Shown here: one piece after another, positions 27,335 to 35,651 of the stretch
Layout: each line of letters starts with the position of its first letter
How positions within the stretch are numbered: position 1 is the first letter of the stretch
NCBI GenBank assembly: GCA_016720585.1
Contig: JADKKH010000006.1
Coordinates: forward strand, 197,379 to 261,378
Source: Chitinophagaceae bacterium
GTDB lineage: Bacteria; Bacteroidota; Bacteroidia; Chitinophagales; Chitinophagaceae
Length of the DNA: 64,000 nt
Direction of reading: 5' to 3'
Position numbers and translations under genes: made by a program
The notes under the pieces: model-generated
Database searches by the model: none
The model's input: only the letters and a program-made list of their open reading frames with translations
Told to the model about the DNA's origin: nothing

Positions 27335-27538
27335 TTAGCCTACCTTTTTTACATTTACTGCATTCATACCTTTCTTGCCTTCCTGCAGGTCAAACTCAAC
27401 CTTGTCGCCCTCAGCAATTTGGTCGATAAGACCGCTGGAATGAACAAAAGTTTCTTTGTTGGAATCATCATGTTTGATGAAACCAAATCCTTTTTCTGAA
27501 TTGAAGAACTTTACAGTTCCCTGATTTTTGTCGCTCAT
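27335..27538 (-). CDS. cold-shock protein (CspA family)
   Basis: 67 aa. GTVKFFNSEKGFGFI (RNP-1) and ETFVHSS (RNP-2-like) motifs. Confidence 0.95.
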   Translation of the reverse strand: MSDKNQGTVKFFNSEKGFGFIKHDDSNKETFVHSSGLIDQIAEGDKVEFDLQEGKKGMNAVNVKKVG

Positions 27539-27711
27539 TGTATTTGTATTATTTATTTAAAGGGAGCAAAGATAAGGGTTTTTTGGGTATTAGCCTGAAA
27601 TAAAATCAGCTTTAGAAGCTTGCAAACAAGGGCATTATGAATAACAAACAACAGATGTCATTCAGTTATATCATGAAATAGGGTAACTTTTCTGTCTAAA
27701 AATTATTTTAT

Positions 27712-28464
27712 ATGAATACTATTGAGATACGTCTTCAGAAGCTTGAAGCTTCGAACCGCAGGTATAAAAGAATAGTTCTGTTGATGATGGCTTCCTTTGC
27801 CACTTTTTTTATGGCTTTCCGTGGCCCAAAAACAGCCCCGGATGTGTTGCAGGCGAAGCGTTTTGAAGTAGTAGATGATAACGGCCATGTGCTGGTCCGT
27901 CTGAATCAAAGCGAGGGTAATGGCACCATTAAAACTTACCGGACTGACGGGAAAAAGCTTTTAAACCTTACCTATTCTACAAAAAATGAAGGGTACATCG
28001 GTGTCGAAGATGGCAAGGACCAGGAAATGATGCGGTTTACCAGTTCCAACGATGGCGGGGGCGGCTATATCGGGATTTTTAATCCTTACGGTAAAAGAAC
28101 AATGACCTTATGCAATGATTTAAGCGGGGGCAATGTTTATTTAGGTAACAGTAATGGTGACACCCGGGCAGCCTTGCAATGCAACAGCAGTGCAGGAGGT
28201 TTTCTGGGTTTATATAATTCTTCGGGTTATACAGCCGTTAAACTAACCCAAACCAGCAGTGGTAATGGTGATCTGTATGTAAATAATAATAGTGGGGATG
28301 AACGTGTCCGGCTTTCTGTCAGTAGTTCAGCCGGTAATCTTCAATTAAAAAATAACGGTAAGGTCATGATCGTGGAGTTGGGCGGTACAGCAGGCGAAAA
28401 CGGGACTATTAATACCTACAATACAAGCGGTACATTTATCCAGGGAATTGGCAGTCGCTATTAA
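27712..28464 (+). CDS. hypothetical membrane-anchored protein with Gly/Asn-rich beta-repeat ectodomain
   Basis: N-terminal IEIRLQKLEASNRRYKRIVLLMMASFATFFMAF (short helix plus TM), then about 25-aa units of the type GxGxi.l.N..G...v.L repeated about 7 times. Confidence 0.6.
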   Translation: MNTIEIRLQKLEASNRRYKRIVLLMMASFATFFMAFRGPKTAPDVLQAKRFEVVDDNGHVLVRLNQSEGNGTIKTYRTDGKKLLNLTYSTKNEGYIGVEDGKDQEMMRFTSSNDGGGGYIGIFNPYGKRTMTLCNDLSGGNVYLGNSNGDTRAALQCNSSAGGFLGLYNSSGYTAVKLTQTSSGNGDLYVNNNSGDERVRLSVSSSAGNLQLKNNGKVMIVELGGTAGENGTINTYNTSGTFIQGIGSRY

Positions 28465-28489
28465 TGATCAGTTTTCCGATTCCACCCTT

Positions 28490-28606
28490 CATATAACTTA
28501 GGGTGACAAAGAACCTATCAGACAGTAGTTTCCATCCTTCGCTGATCCCGATAACTATCGGGACAGGGTGACAAAAAGCCTATCAGGCAGTAGTCTCCAT
28601 ATAACT
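28490..28606. repeat. Imperfect tandem duplication: two 36-nt repeats (32/36 identical) plus three ATAACT marks, overlapping the gcvP 3' end
   Basis: Copy 1 is 28500-28535 and copy 2 is 28565-28600, with 4 mismatches counted by hand. The 29-nt spacer holds the hairpin cccgata/tatcggg. catataact occurs at 28490-28498 and at 28598-28606. Confidence 0.85.
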
Positions 28607-31456
28607 CTCTATTGGCTCACAAGTACAGATCAGGTTTCTGTCACCATGAGTATTATTTACTCTTGCTACAGAAGGCCAGAATTTATTTTGTGTAACATAG
28701 TACAAAGGAAAAGCTGCTTCTTGTCTTGAATAAGAATGTTTCCATTCATCGGCCGTAATTACAAACTGTGTATGCGGTGCATTTTTCAAGGCATTATCTT
28801 TTTTATCAGACCTGCCAGCTTCTATGGCCTTTATTTCATCCCGGATAGATAGCAATGCGTCACAGAAACGATCCAGTTCGGCTTTGTCTTCACTTTCGGT
28901 GGGCTCAATCATAATAGTTCCCGGAACCGGGAAGCTCATAGTGGGTGCATGGAAACCATAATCAATCAGCCTCTTTGCAATATCTTCTGCTTCCACTTCG
29001 GCTGATTTTTTAAAAGGTCTTAGATCCACAATGAATTCATGGGCACATTGTCCGTTATTGTTGGTGTATAAAATATCAAACTGTCCTTCCAGTCTAGCCC
29101 GCATATAGTTTGCATTCAGGATGGCATATTCCGTTGCGGCTTTAACGCCTTCATAGCCCAGCATTCTTATATAACCATAACTGATCAATAATATGGAAGC
29201 TGAACCGTAAGGAGCTGCAGATACGGCACCAGTCTGACGGTGACCGTCAGACGAATGACCCGGTAAATGCTTAGCCAGATGTTCTTTCACACAGATCGGT
29301 CCCATACCAGGGCCGCCGCCACCATGTGGTATAGCAAATGTTTTATGCAGATTCAGGTGACATACATCAGCACCGATTAACCCGGGTGCCGTTAAACCAA
29401 CCTGCGCATTCATATTGGCCCCGTCCATATACACCTGCCCGCCCTGCTTGTGAATGATCTCAGTAATTTCTTTTACAGTTTCTTCATACACGCCATAGGT
29501 GCTTGGGTAGGTGATCATAATACCGGCCAGTTCATGACTGTATTGCGTGGCTTTTGCTTTTAAATCCGCAACATCTATATAGCCATTCTCTAAGGCTTTT
29601 ACAACCACCACTTTCATTCCGGCCATTACTGCAGAAGCCGGGTTGGTACCATGTGCAGAAATAGGTATCAGCATCACTTTTCGGTGATGATCTCCATTTG
29701 CATCATGAAAAGCTTTTATTGTTAACAAACCCGCATACTCACCCTGTGCACCGCTGTTGGGTTGCAGGCTGCAGGCATCAAATGCCGTTATTTCACAGAG
29801 ATACTTTCCTAATTCATCAATAATATATTTGTATCCTTCGGTTTGATCCGCGGGTGCAAAGGGATGAATCTTGCTCCAATGAGACCAGCTCAGCGGCATC
29901 ATCTCCGAGGCAGCGTTCAGCTTCATGGTGCAGGAACCCAGCGAAATCATCGAAGTATTCAGGGAAAGGTCTTTGTTTTCCAATTGCTTGATGTAACGCA
30001 TCATCTGGCTTTCACTGTGATGGGTATTGAATACCGGGTGAGTGAGGAAAGAACTGGTCCTGGTTAATGCTGCCGGGATATAAAGCAGTTCTGCATCCTG
30101 GAGCATATCAAAAGCCACCGGGTCTGTATCATTTTCAAAGCAGTTGATCAGGTCGTACAAATCACTTATATCCGTTGTTTCATCCAATGAAATTCCAATA
30201 TGGGTTGAATCAATATACCGGAAGTTAATTTGTTGTCTTTCTGCTTTTTCTCTGATCCTGGCGACATCGTTGGTCTTAACAACCAGGGTATCAAAGAATG
30301 TACCCGAGGCTAATTCAAATCCTCTTTCCATTATGGCATTGGCCACGGTTTGCGTTAATAGTGCAACCCTCCGGGCAATATTCTTTAAACCCTCAGGGCC
30401 ATGATACACAGCATACATGGCGGCCATATTAGCCAGCAGGGCCTGTGCCGTGCAAATATTTGAAGTAGCTTTTTCTCTTTTTATATGTTGTTCCCTTGTC
30501 TGCAATGCCATCCGCAAAGCCCTGTTGCCCTGCGCATCAATACTGATACCAATGATGCGGCCGGGAATGTTTCTTTTGAAATCATCTTTTGTGGACATAA
30601 AAGCAGCATGCGGTCCGCCATAACCCAATGGTACCCCAAATCGCTGGGCCGAACCAACCGCAACATCTGCACCCAGTTCGCCCGGAGGAGTTAATAATGT
30701 CAGCGCTAACAAATCTGCCGCCATGACCACATAAGCTCCGGCAGCATGTACTGTACTGATGAAATCCCGGTAATCTTCAATGCTTCCTTTGTCATTCGGG
30801 TATTGAACAATTGCACCAAAATAAGTGGCATCAAGAGTTGCCGTTTTATAATCACCTTCTACAATTTCAATTCCCACAGGAATGGCCCTGGTGAGCAGCA
30901 CATCTTTTGTTTGAGGAAAAAGAGCAGCATCAACAAAAAACCGGGGTCTTTCAATATGGTCCTGTTTATTGAGCGTATTAAAGAACATTGTCATCGCTTC
31001 AGCAGCAGCAGTTGCTTCATCGAGTAAGGAAGCATTGGCAATAGGTAAAGCGGTTAAATCACTGATCATCGTCTGAAAGTTTAATAAACTTTCCAAACGT
31101 CCTTGTGAAATTTCGGCCTGGTACGGCGTGTACTGGGTGTACCATCCCGGGTTTTCAAAAACATTTCTCAATATCACAGAAGGGACGATCGTATCAGCAT
31201 ATCCCTGACCGATGTAATTGGCAAACACTTTATTTTTTAATGATATTTCCCGGATATGTTTCAGATAATCATACTCACTCATGGCTGCAGGAATATTCAG
31301 GGATTGGCTCATGCGGATACCGGCAGGCACTGTATTACTGATCAACTGGTCGAGGGTTTCTGCACCAATTTTTTTCAGCATGTGCTTTGTGTCCGCTTTA
31401 TTGGGTCCGATGTGGCGGGGATAGAATTCGTTGGATTGCTGTTCAAAAAGATTCAT
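28583..31456 (-). CDS. gcvP: glycine dehydrogenase (decarboxylating), single-chain P protein
   Basis: 957 aa. It is recognisably GcvP along its full length (FYPRHIGP.., NPGWYTQYTPYQAEISQGRLE, the PLP-Lys region HLNLHKTFAIPHGGGGPG, C-terminal GDRNLICTC). Confidence 0.95.
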   Translation of the reverse strand: MNLFEQQSNEFYPRHIGPNKADTKHMLKKIGAETLDQLISNTVPAGIRMSQSLNIPAAMSEYDYLKHIREISLKNKVFANYIGQGYADTIVPSVILRNVFENPGWYTQYTPYQAEISQGRLESLLNFQTMISDLTALPIANASLLDEATAAAEAMTMFFNTLNKQDHIERPRFFVDAALFPQTKDVLLTRAIPVGIEIVEGDYKTATLDATYFGAIVQYPNDKGSIEDYRDFISTVHAAGAYVVMAADLLALTLLTPPGELGADVAVGSAQRFGVPLGYGGPHAAFMSTKDDFKRNIPGRIIGISIDAQGNRALRMALQTREQHIKREKATSNICTAQALLANMAAMYAVYHGPEGLKNIARRVALLTQTVANAIMERGFELASGTFFDTLVVKTNDVARIREKAERQQINFRYIDSTHIGISLDETTDISDLYDLINCFENDTDPVAFDMLQDAELLYIPAALTRTSSFLTHPVFNTHHSESQMMRYIKQLENKDLSLNTSMISLGSCTMKLNAASEMMPLSWSHWSKIHPFAPADQTEGYKYIIDELGKYLCEITAFDACSLQPNSGAQGEYAGLLTIKAFHDANGDHHRKVMLIPISAHGTNPASAVMAGMKVVVVKALENGYIDVADLKAKATQYSHELAGIMITYPSTYGVYEETVKEITEIIHKQGGQVYMDGANMNAQVGLTAPGLIGADVCHLNLHKTFAIPHGGGGPGMGPICVKEHLAKHLPGHSSDGHRQTGAVSAAPYGSASILLISYGYIRMLGYEGVKAATEYAILNANYMRARLEGQFDILYTNNNGQCAHEFIVDLRPFKKSAEVEAEDIAKRLIDYGFHAPTMSFPVPGTIMIEPTESEDKAELDRFCDALLSIRDEIKAIEAGRSDKKDNALKNAPHTQFVITADEWKHSYSRQEAAFPLYYVTQNKFWPSVARVNNTHGDRNLICTCEPIESYMETTA

Positions 31457-31573
31457 ATAGGAATTCCTTAATTGTGATAAAGAAGTGCAAAGTTAGGGGG
31501 CCAATTTGGAAAAAAGGCAGATGTTGAACCTGCCGGATGTTCCAATATTCTGAAGTGCGGAAAAGGTATATTA

Positions 31574-32488
31574 TTAATTTACGATGTTTTCTTTTTCCGC
31601 TTCTATTTTCCTAAGTTCATCGCTGGTATGTGTACTGCCGTCATGGCTCCAGCCCGGCGGACCCAGGAGATAATTCCATCGTTGTTTAAACGTAAGCCCG
31701 CTTTTGCGAAGGTCATGGCCGATATTTCTCCATTCATGGATGACCAGGTTTAGGGGGTCCTCTTTTTCCAACGGTTTGGTAAGACCGTATTTTATCGGCT
31801 GGTATTGATTGACCGGTAATTCCGGTTGAAAAGTTCCAAACAGTTTATCCCAGATAATAAGGAACATGCCCATGTTCTTATCCAGGTATTTTGGATTGGT
31901 ACCATGATGCACCCGGTGATGGGAGGGGGTTACCAGGAAATACTCCAGCCATCCTGCTTTATTTATTTTTTCTGTGTGCACCAGTATTCCCCAGGTTTGT
32001 GTAGCGGCATAGATAAAAGCAATATCAATGGGTTGAAAACCCAGCAGGGCTATCGGGATAAAATAAACAAACCGATAGAGGGGTTCCAGGATGGAGGAGC
32101 GAAATCCGACCGTAAGATTGAACTTAGGCGAAGAATGATGGGTAACATGCGTGGCCCAGAACAGGCGGCAGACATGATCCACCCGGTGCAGCCAGTAATA
32201 CATGAAATCTTCAAATACGATTAATACGATCCAGTATATCCAGGGGTTCCTGATGGGTTCAGCCAAACGCAGGTCATAAAAGAATGACAGAATAAAACCG
32301 ATGTAAATGATCCGGAATAAAAGATCAATGATGCCATTCAGCAGCATGAAATAAATATTCTGGGCTGTATCCTTCAGGCTGTATGTTTCCTGTTTGCGCA
32401 GTTTGCTGACAAATAATTCAAGTCCGATAACCACCAGATAAAGTGGCGTGGTAATTAATATCAATAGTTGTTCCCTGGCGGTTCCCAT
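31574..32488 (-). CDS. sterol desaturase / fatty acid hydroxylase family membrane protein
   Basis: His boxes HRVDH, HVTHH and HHRVHH. I chose the start at MGTAREQLL (cat 32486-32488). The longer GTG-started ORF begins inside an intergenic repeat. Confidence 0.8.
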   Translation of the reverse strand: MGTAREQLLILITTPLYLVVIGLELFVSKLRKQETYSLKDTAQNIYFMLLNGIIDLLFRIIYIGFILSFFYDLRLAEPIRNPWIYWIVLIVFEDFMYYWLHRVDHVCRLFWATHVTHHSSPKFNLTVGFRSSILEPLYRFVYFIPIALLGFQPIDIAFIYAATQTWGILVHTEKINKAGWLEYFLVTPSHHRVHHGTNPKYLDKNMGMFLIIWDKLFGTFQPELPVNQYQPIKYGLTKPLEKEDPLNLVIHEWRNIGHDLRKSGLTFKQRWNYLLGPPGWSHDGSTHTSDELRKIEAEKENIVN

Positions 32489-32532
32489 GTGGCGGCAAAA
32501 ATACCTGTTTGCCTGCAATGATAGTTGGTTAG

Positions 32533-32701
32533 CCACAGATTACACAGATTTTCACGGATTATGCAGCCAGGTTGCCCCTGATCACAACAATGTTACGAAT
32601 AAGATAATCTCAGCTATGAAAGACTATTTTAATTGGTGTAATTTGTGCCATTCATTATATATTCTTTAATTGCGACGCAATCAATCTGTGTTAATCCGTG
32701 G
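32533..32701. repeat. Cluster of AATCYGTG-type (CACAGATT) short repeat units in inverted orientation
   Basis: Block A at 32533-32561 is ccacagattacacagattttcacggatta, three units in reverse orientation. Block B at 32631-32649 is aattggtgtaatttgtgcc. Block C at 32683-32701 is aatctgtgttaatccgtgg. A is inverted relative to B and C. Confidence 0.65.
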
Positions 32702-33189
32702 AAAAAAATATTTTAATAAATTGGGAAAAAAAATCAGGCGAACGTCAGAAAGAGTATAAGAAATTTCTGCACCGGGCCAATAAGAACAAAGTGCTGAAAC
32801 AATTACCTGATCTCAACGAAGAGGCTTTTGAGAAAGTGGATTGCCTGCAATGCGCGAATTGCTGTAAAAGTTTTTCCCCCCGGTTTACGCCTCCCGATAT
32901 CAAAAGGATCAGCAAATACCTTGGGATGAAAGATGGTGATTTTAAGGCGACTTATCTTGTGCAGGATGAGGAGGGTGATAATGTCACCAAAACAAAACCC
33001 TGTCCTTTCCTGGGTGCGGATAATCATTGTGGGATTTATGATGTTCGTCCGATCGATTGTGCCCGTTTTCCGTATATGGACAATGATTTTATGCTCAAAC
33101 GTCAACCCCTGGCATTGAAGAACTCCACTTTTTGCCCGATTACCTATTATGTTATCGAGAAACTGATTGCTGCGGAGAACGGTAAATAA
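32698..33189 (+). CDS. YkgJ family cysteine-cluster protein (UPF0153)
   Basis: CLQCANCC motif plus downstream CPFL..NHCGIYDVRPIDCARFP. The GTG start lies inside repeat block C. Confidence 0.7.
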   Translation: MEKNILINWEKKSGERQKEYKKFLHRANKNKVLKQLPDLNEEAFEKVDCLQCANCCKSFSPRFTPPDIKRISKYLGMKDGDFKATYLVQDEEGDNVTKTKPCPFLGADNHCGIYDVRPIDCARFPYMDNDFMLKRQPLALKNSTFCPITYYVIEKLIAAENGK

Positions 33190-33223
33190 TTTTTATGTAT
33201 CTTATTGCTCTAAATTTTATACT

Positions 33224-33496
33224 ATGCCACGTTATGTAATCGAAAGAGAATTACCCGGTGCCGGGAAATTAAGCGCTGAAGATCTTCATGGAATTTCACA
33301 AAAGTCCTGCGGTGTCATACGGGAGCTGGGCCCCTCTATTCAATGGGTAGAAAGTTATGTTACAGAAGATAAGATCTACTGCATTTACAATGCACCCAAT
33401 AAAGAGATCATTTTAGAACATGCCAGCAAGGGCGGATTTCCGGCCAACCGGGTAGAAGAAATAAAAAATGTGATCAGCCCGGTAACGGCGGAGTAA
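33224..33496 (+). CDS. DUF4242 domain-containing protein
   Basis: About 90 aa starting MPRYVIERELPGAGKLSAEDLHGISQKS..VQWVESYVTEDKIYCIY, a pattern typical of DUF4242. The longer ORF from 33167 overlaps the upstream gene. Confidence 0.7.
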   Translation: MPRYVIERELPGAGKLSAEDLHGISQKSCGVIRELGPSIQWVESYVTEDKIYCIYNAPNKEIILEHASKGGFPANRVEEIKNVISPVTAE

Positions 33497-33700
33497 ATAT
33501 TTGCGTTTTTTTTACACAAAGTCTCCGCTATTTGTGCTGTTCGTGAAGTGAAAACATCAACCGCGGCGTTAAGTGTTAAAAACTATAAACTACTGTTATT
33601 CCAACCATGTATCGCTGGGGTTAAAAAAAACCACAGAGCACAGCAAAAGACACAAAGGCAGAGTTTGGTTCAGTAATACGGATATTTATAATAAATTAAT

Positions 33701-34201
33701 ATGAAAAAGATAATTGTTATTGCCCTGGTGCTATTGTTTACAACTGCAATCCAAAACGCCAATGCACAAAACGGCAGAACGGAAACAGGCACAGATATTG
33801 CCAAAGTAAAAGAAGCCAAATCGAAATTGCCTGACCTGGAAATTACCGGTGTAAAAGTATCGGCCGCACATAACGTAGGAAGCAGCGGATTAATGCGAAC
33901 TATAACTTACACCGTAAAAAATAATGGCGCAAAAGCTTTAAGTCAGAGCCTGATCCTAGTGGAAGGTTTTTTGGCTAACACGGAGGTGTATAATACAGAA
34001 ATTGTGCAACATGCCTGCGGATCAATTGTTAGTCCGATCGGGACTATGCTTAACCCGGGCCAATCAGCAACTTCTTCATTTAATTGTTCTGATAGAAATT
34101 TATTTAATAGATACAGGTTTTATATTTTATACGTTGATTTAGCGAATTCAATAGCCGAGTTAAATGAAAATAACAATCAGAAAGCAACACTGATCAACTA
34201 A
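33701..34201 (+). CDS. exported CARDB-like domain protein
   Basis: Signal peptide MKKIIVIALVLLFTTAIQNANA. LPDLEITGVKV..YTVKNNGAKAL and the C-terminal ELNENNN are typical of CARDB domains. Confidence 0.5.
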   Translation: MKKIIVIALVLLFTTAIQNANAQNGRTETGTDIAKVKEAKSKLPDLEITGVKVSAAHNVGSSGLMRTITYTVKNNGAKALSQSLILVEGFLANTEVYNTEIVQHACGSIVSPIGTMLNPGQSATSSFNCSDRNLFNRYRFYILYVDLANSIAELNENNNQKATLIN

Positions 34202-34271
34202 TTACTAACTGTCTATCTGCCCTTTGTCTTGTTTTTATAAAATACTGCCAGCCACTGTTGAAAATTAAATA

Positions 34272-34403
34272 ACAGAAGAAGATATCTATTGCAACAGCAA
34301 TGGCCCCACTAAAGAGACCATTTTAGAATAGGGCATCAAAGTGGGATTTCCGGCTAACCGGTTCGAAGAAAAAAATGTGAAAAGCCCGTTAACAGCGGAG
34401 TGA
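34272..34403 (+). pseudogene. Relic of the C-terminal 44 codons of a DUF4242 paralog (in-frame TAG, one codon deleted)
   Basis: Aligns codon-for-codon with 33362-33496. By hand count 29 of 44 residues are identical (TE.DIYC..N.P.KE.ILE*..K.GFPANR.EE-KNV.SP.TAE*). No homologous 5' part is present. Confidence 0.8.
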
Positions 34404-34406
34404 TTT

Positions 34407-35306
34407 TTATTTCTTTGCGCTGAGCTCTTCGTATGCTGCCGTGAGCGGCCGTTGTATACCCTCTGTCTTCCATTCCTCCCCGCCGGGGATGATGGTGGAT
34501 TTTAAAATTTCTTCTTTTGACTTACCGGCTTTTATTTCGCTTTCTACAAATTTCAACACATTACCAAGGTAATCCCTGAACTTATTAAGTTCATCTGCTG
34601 TGCCGGTTGTTTTGTAGCCAGGCCCGGCATGACCAAAGACATAGATCGTTTCTTTGTCAAATGTATTCAGGGCTTTGTCCAGTACTTCCATCCAGCTTTT
34701 CATATTCGCTCCGGCGTTGCGATCCACATAGGGATGGCGGCGGTTAAACACGAGGTCCCCGCAATGAACAATATTGGCGTGTTGAAAATGAACAAAACTG
34801 TCGCCGTTGGTATGGCCTGCGCCATGATACGTAAGACAGATTTTTTCTTTGCCAACTTTCTGACACCAGGTATCGGTATAAGTCTGGTCCGGGTAGAGTT
34901 GTTTGTCTTCTGATTTATTTTGCTTCGCAGAATTTTCCTGGTTGATTTTTGAATTAGCATGTGCCAGTACATGGCCCACCATTCCTTTAAAAGAAATATT
35001 TCCCGCGGTATGGTCCCCATGATGGTGGGTATTTATTAATAGCTTGAATGGGTTCTCCGATCTCTTTTTCAGTTCCTCAATCAAATGCTTGCTCTGCTCG
35101 GGGTATTGTGAATCCACCACAACGATCCCTTTTTTGGATAACAGGAATGCAATCGTTCCGCCTTTTTCTTCAAATAGGCCTACATCATTTCTCAGCATAG
35201 TTATTTTCCAGGGATCTTCAAAAAAGGAAGACAATACATTTTGCTGGGCTAATGTTAATGCACCGAATGTGAGTGCGGAGTTTTGAAGGAAGGAACGGCG
35301 ATTCAT
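34407..35306 (-). CDS. MBL-fold metallo-hydrolase with Tat signal
   Basis: The start at MNRRSFLQNSALTFGALTLA gives an RR motif. HHHGDH zinc motif, plus downstream GAGHTNGD and HCGD. Confidence 0.8.
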   Translation of the reverse strand: MNRRSFLQNSALTFGALTLAQQNVLSSFFEDPWKITMLRNDVGLFEEKGGTIAFLLSKKGIVVVDSQYPEQSKHLIEELKKRSENPFKLLINTHHHGDHTAGNISFKGMVGHVLAHANSKINQENSAKQNKSEDKQLYPDQTYTDTWCQKVGKEKICLTYHGAGHTNGDSFVHFQHANIVHCGDLVFNRRHPYVDRNAGANMKSWMEVLDKALNTFDKETIYVFGHAGPGYKTTGTADELNKFRDYLGNVLKFVESEIKAGKSKEEILKSTIIPGGEEWKTEGIQRPLTAAYEELSAKK

Positions 35307-35651
35307 AATAGTTGTTTTTATTTCACGCAGCGTCCGCAAAGGTGCAGCGAATGCAGCGTATAGTTATAGTTGTTCGTTGCGCCGCTGCCTCACCGTGTTC
35401 GTTGCGGGAAACAAAATTGCTGAGCAACGTACCGAACGATGAAGTGTGCAATGCAGCAAAAGCTAAATCAAGGTACTGAAGTTGGACTCAAAAAACTAAT
35501 ACTCGAATTTACGCAAACCCGGGGAGGTGATGGAGAGCCTGAAATTTTGGAAAAAGAAATGCAACCCAATAACGTTTTAAGGGTTCATCCCCTCCCCGGA
35601 GGGGCGCATTTAAGAAACATTAAACTTTAGGAAATTGGGGTGGGTGGTACC

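Noticed and set aside
28500-28600. CRISPR-like geometry: two 36-nt direct repeats separated by a 29-nt spacer
   Set aside because: There are only two copies, they differ at 4 positions, one overlaps the gcvP coding end, the spacer is itself a hairpin, and there are no cas genes anywhere in the window. It is better explained as a REP-like element or a local duplication.
31457-31573. Glycine riboswitch upstream of gcvP
   Set aside because: The leader is only about 117 nt, and I could not find the conserved glycine-aptamer core elements. An Infernal scan would be needed to exclude it formally.
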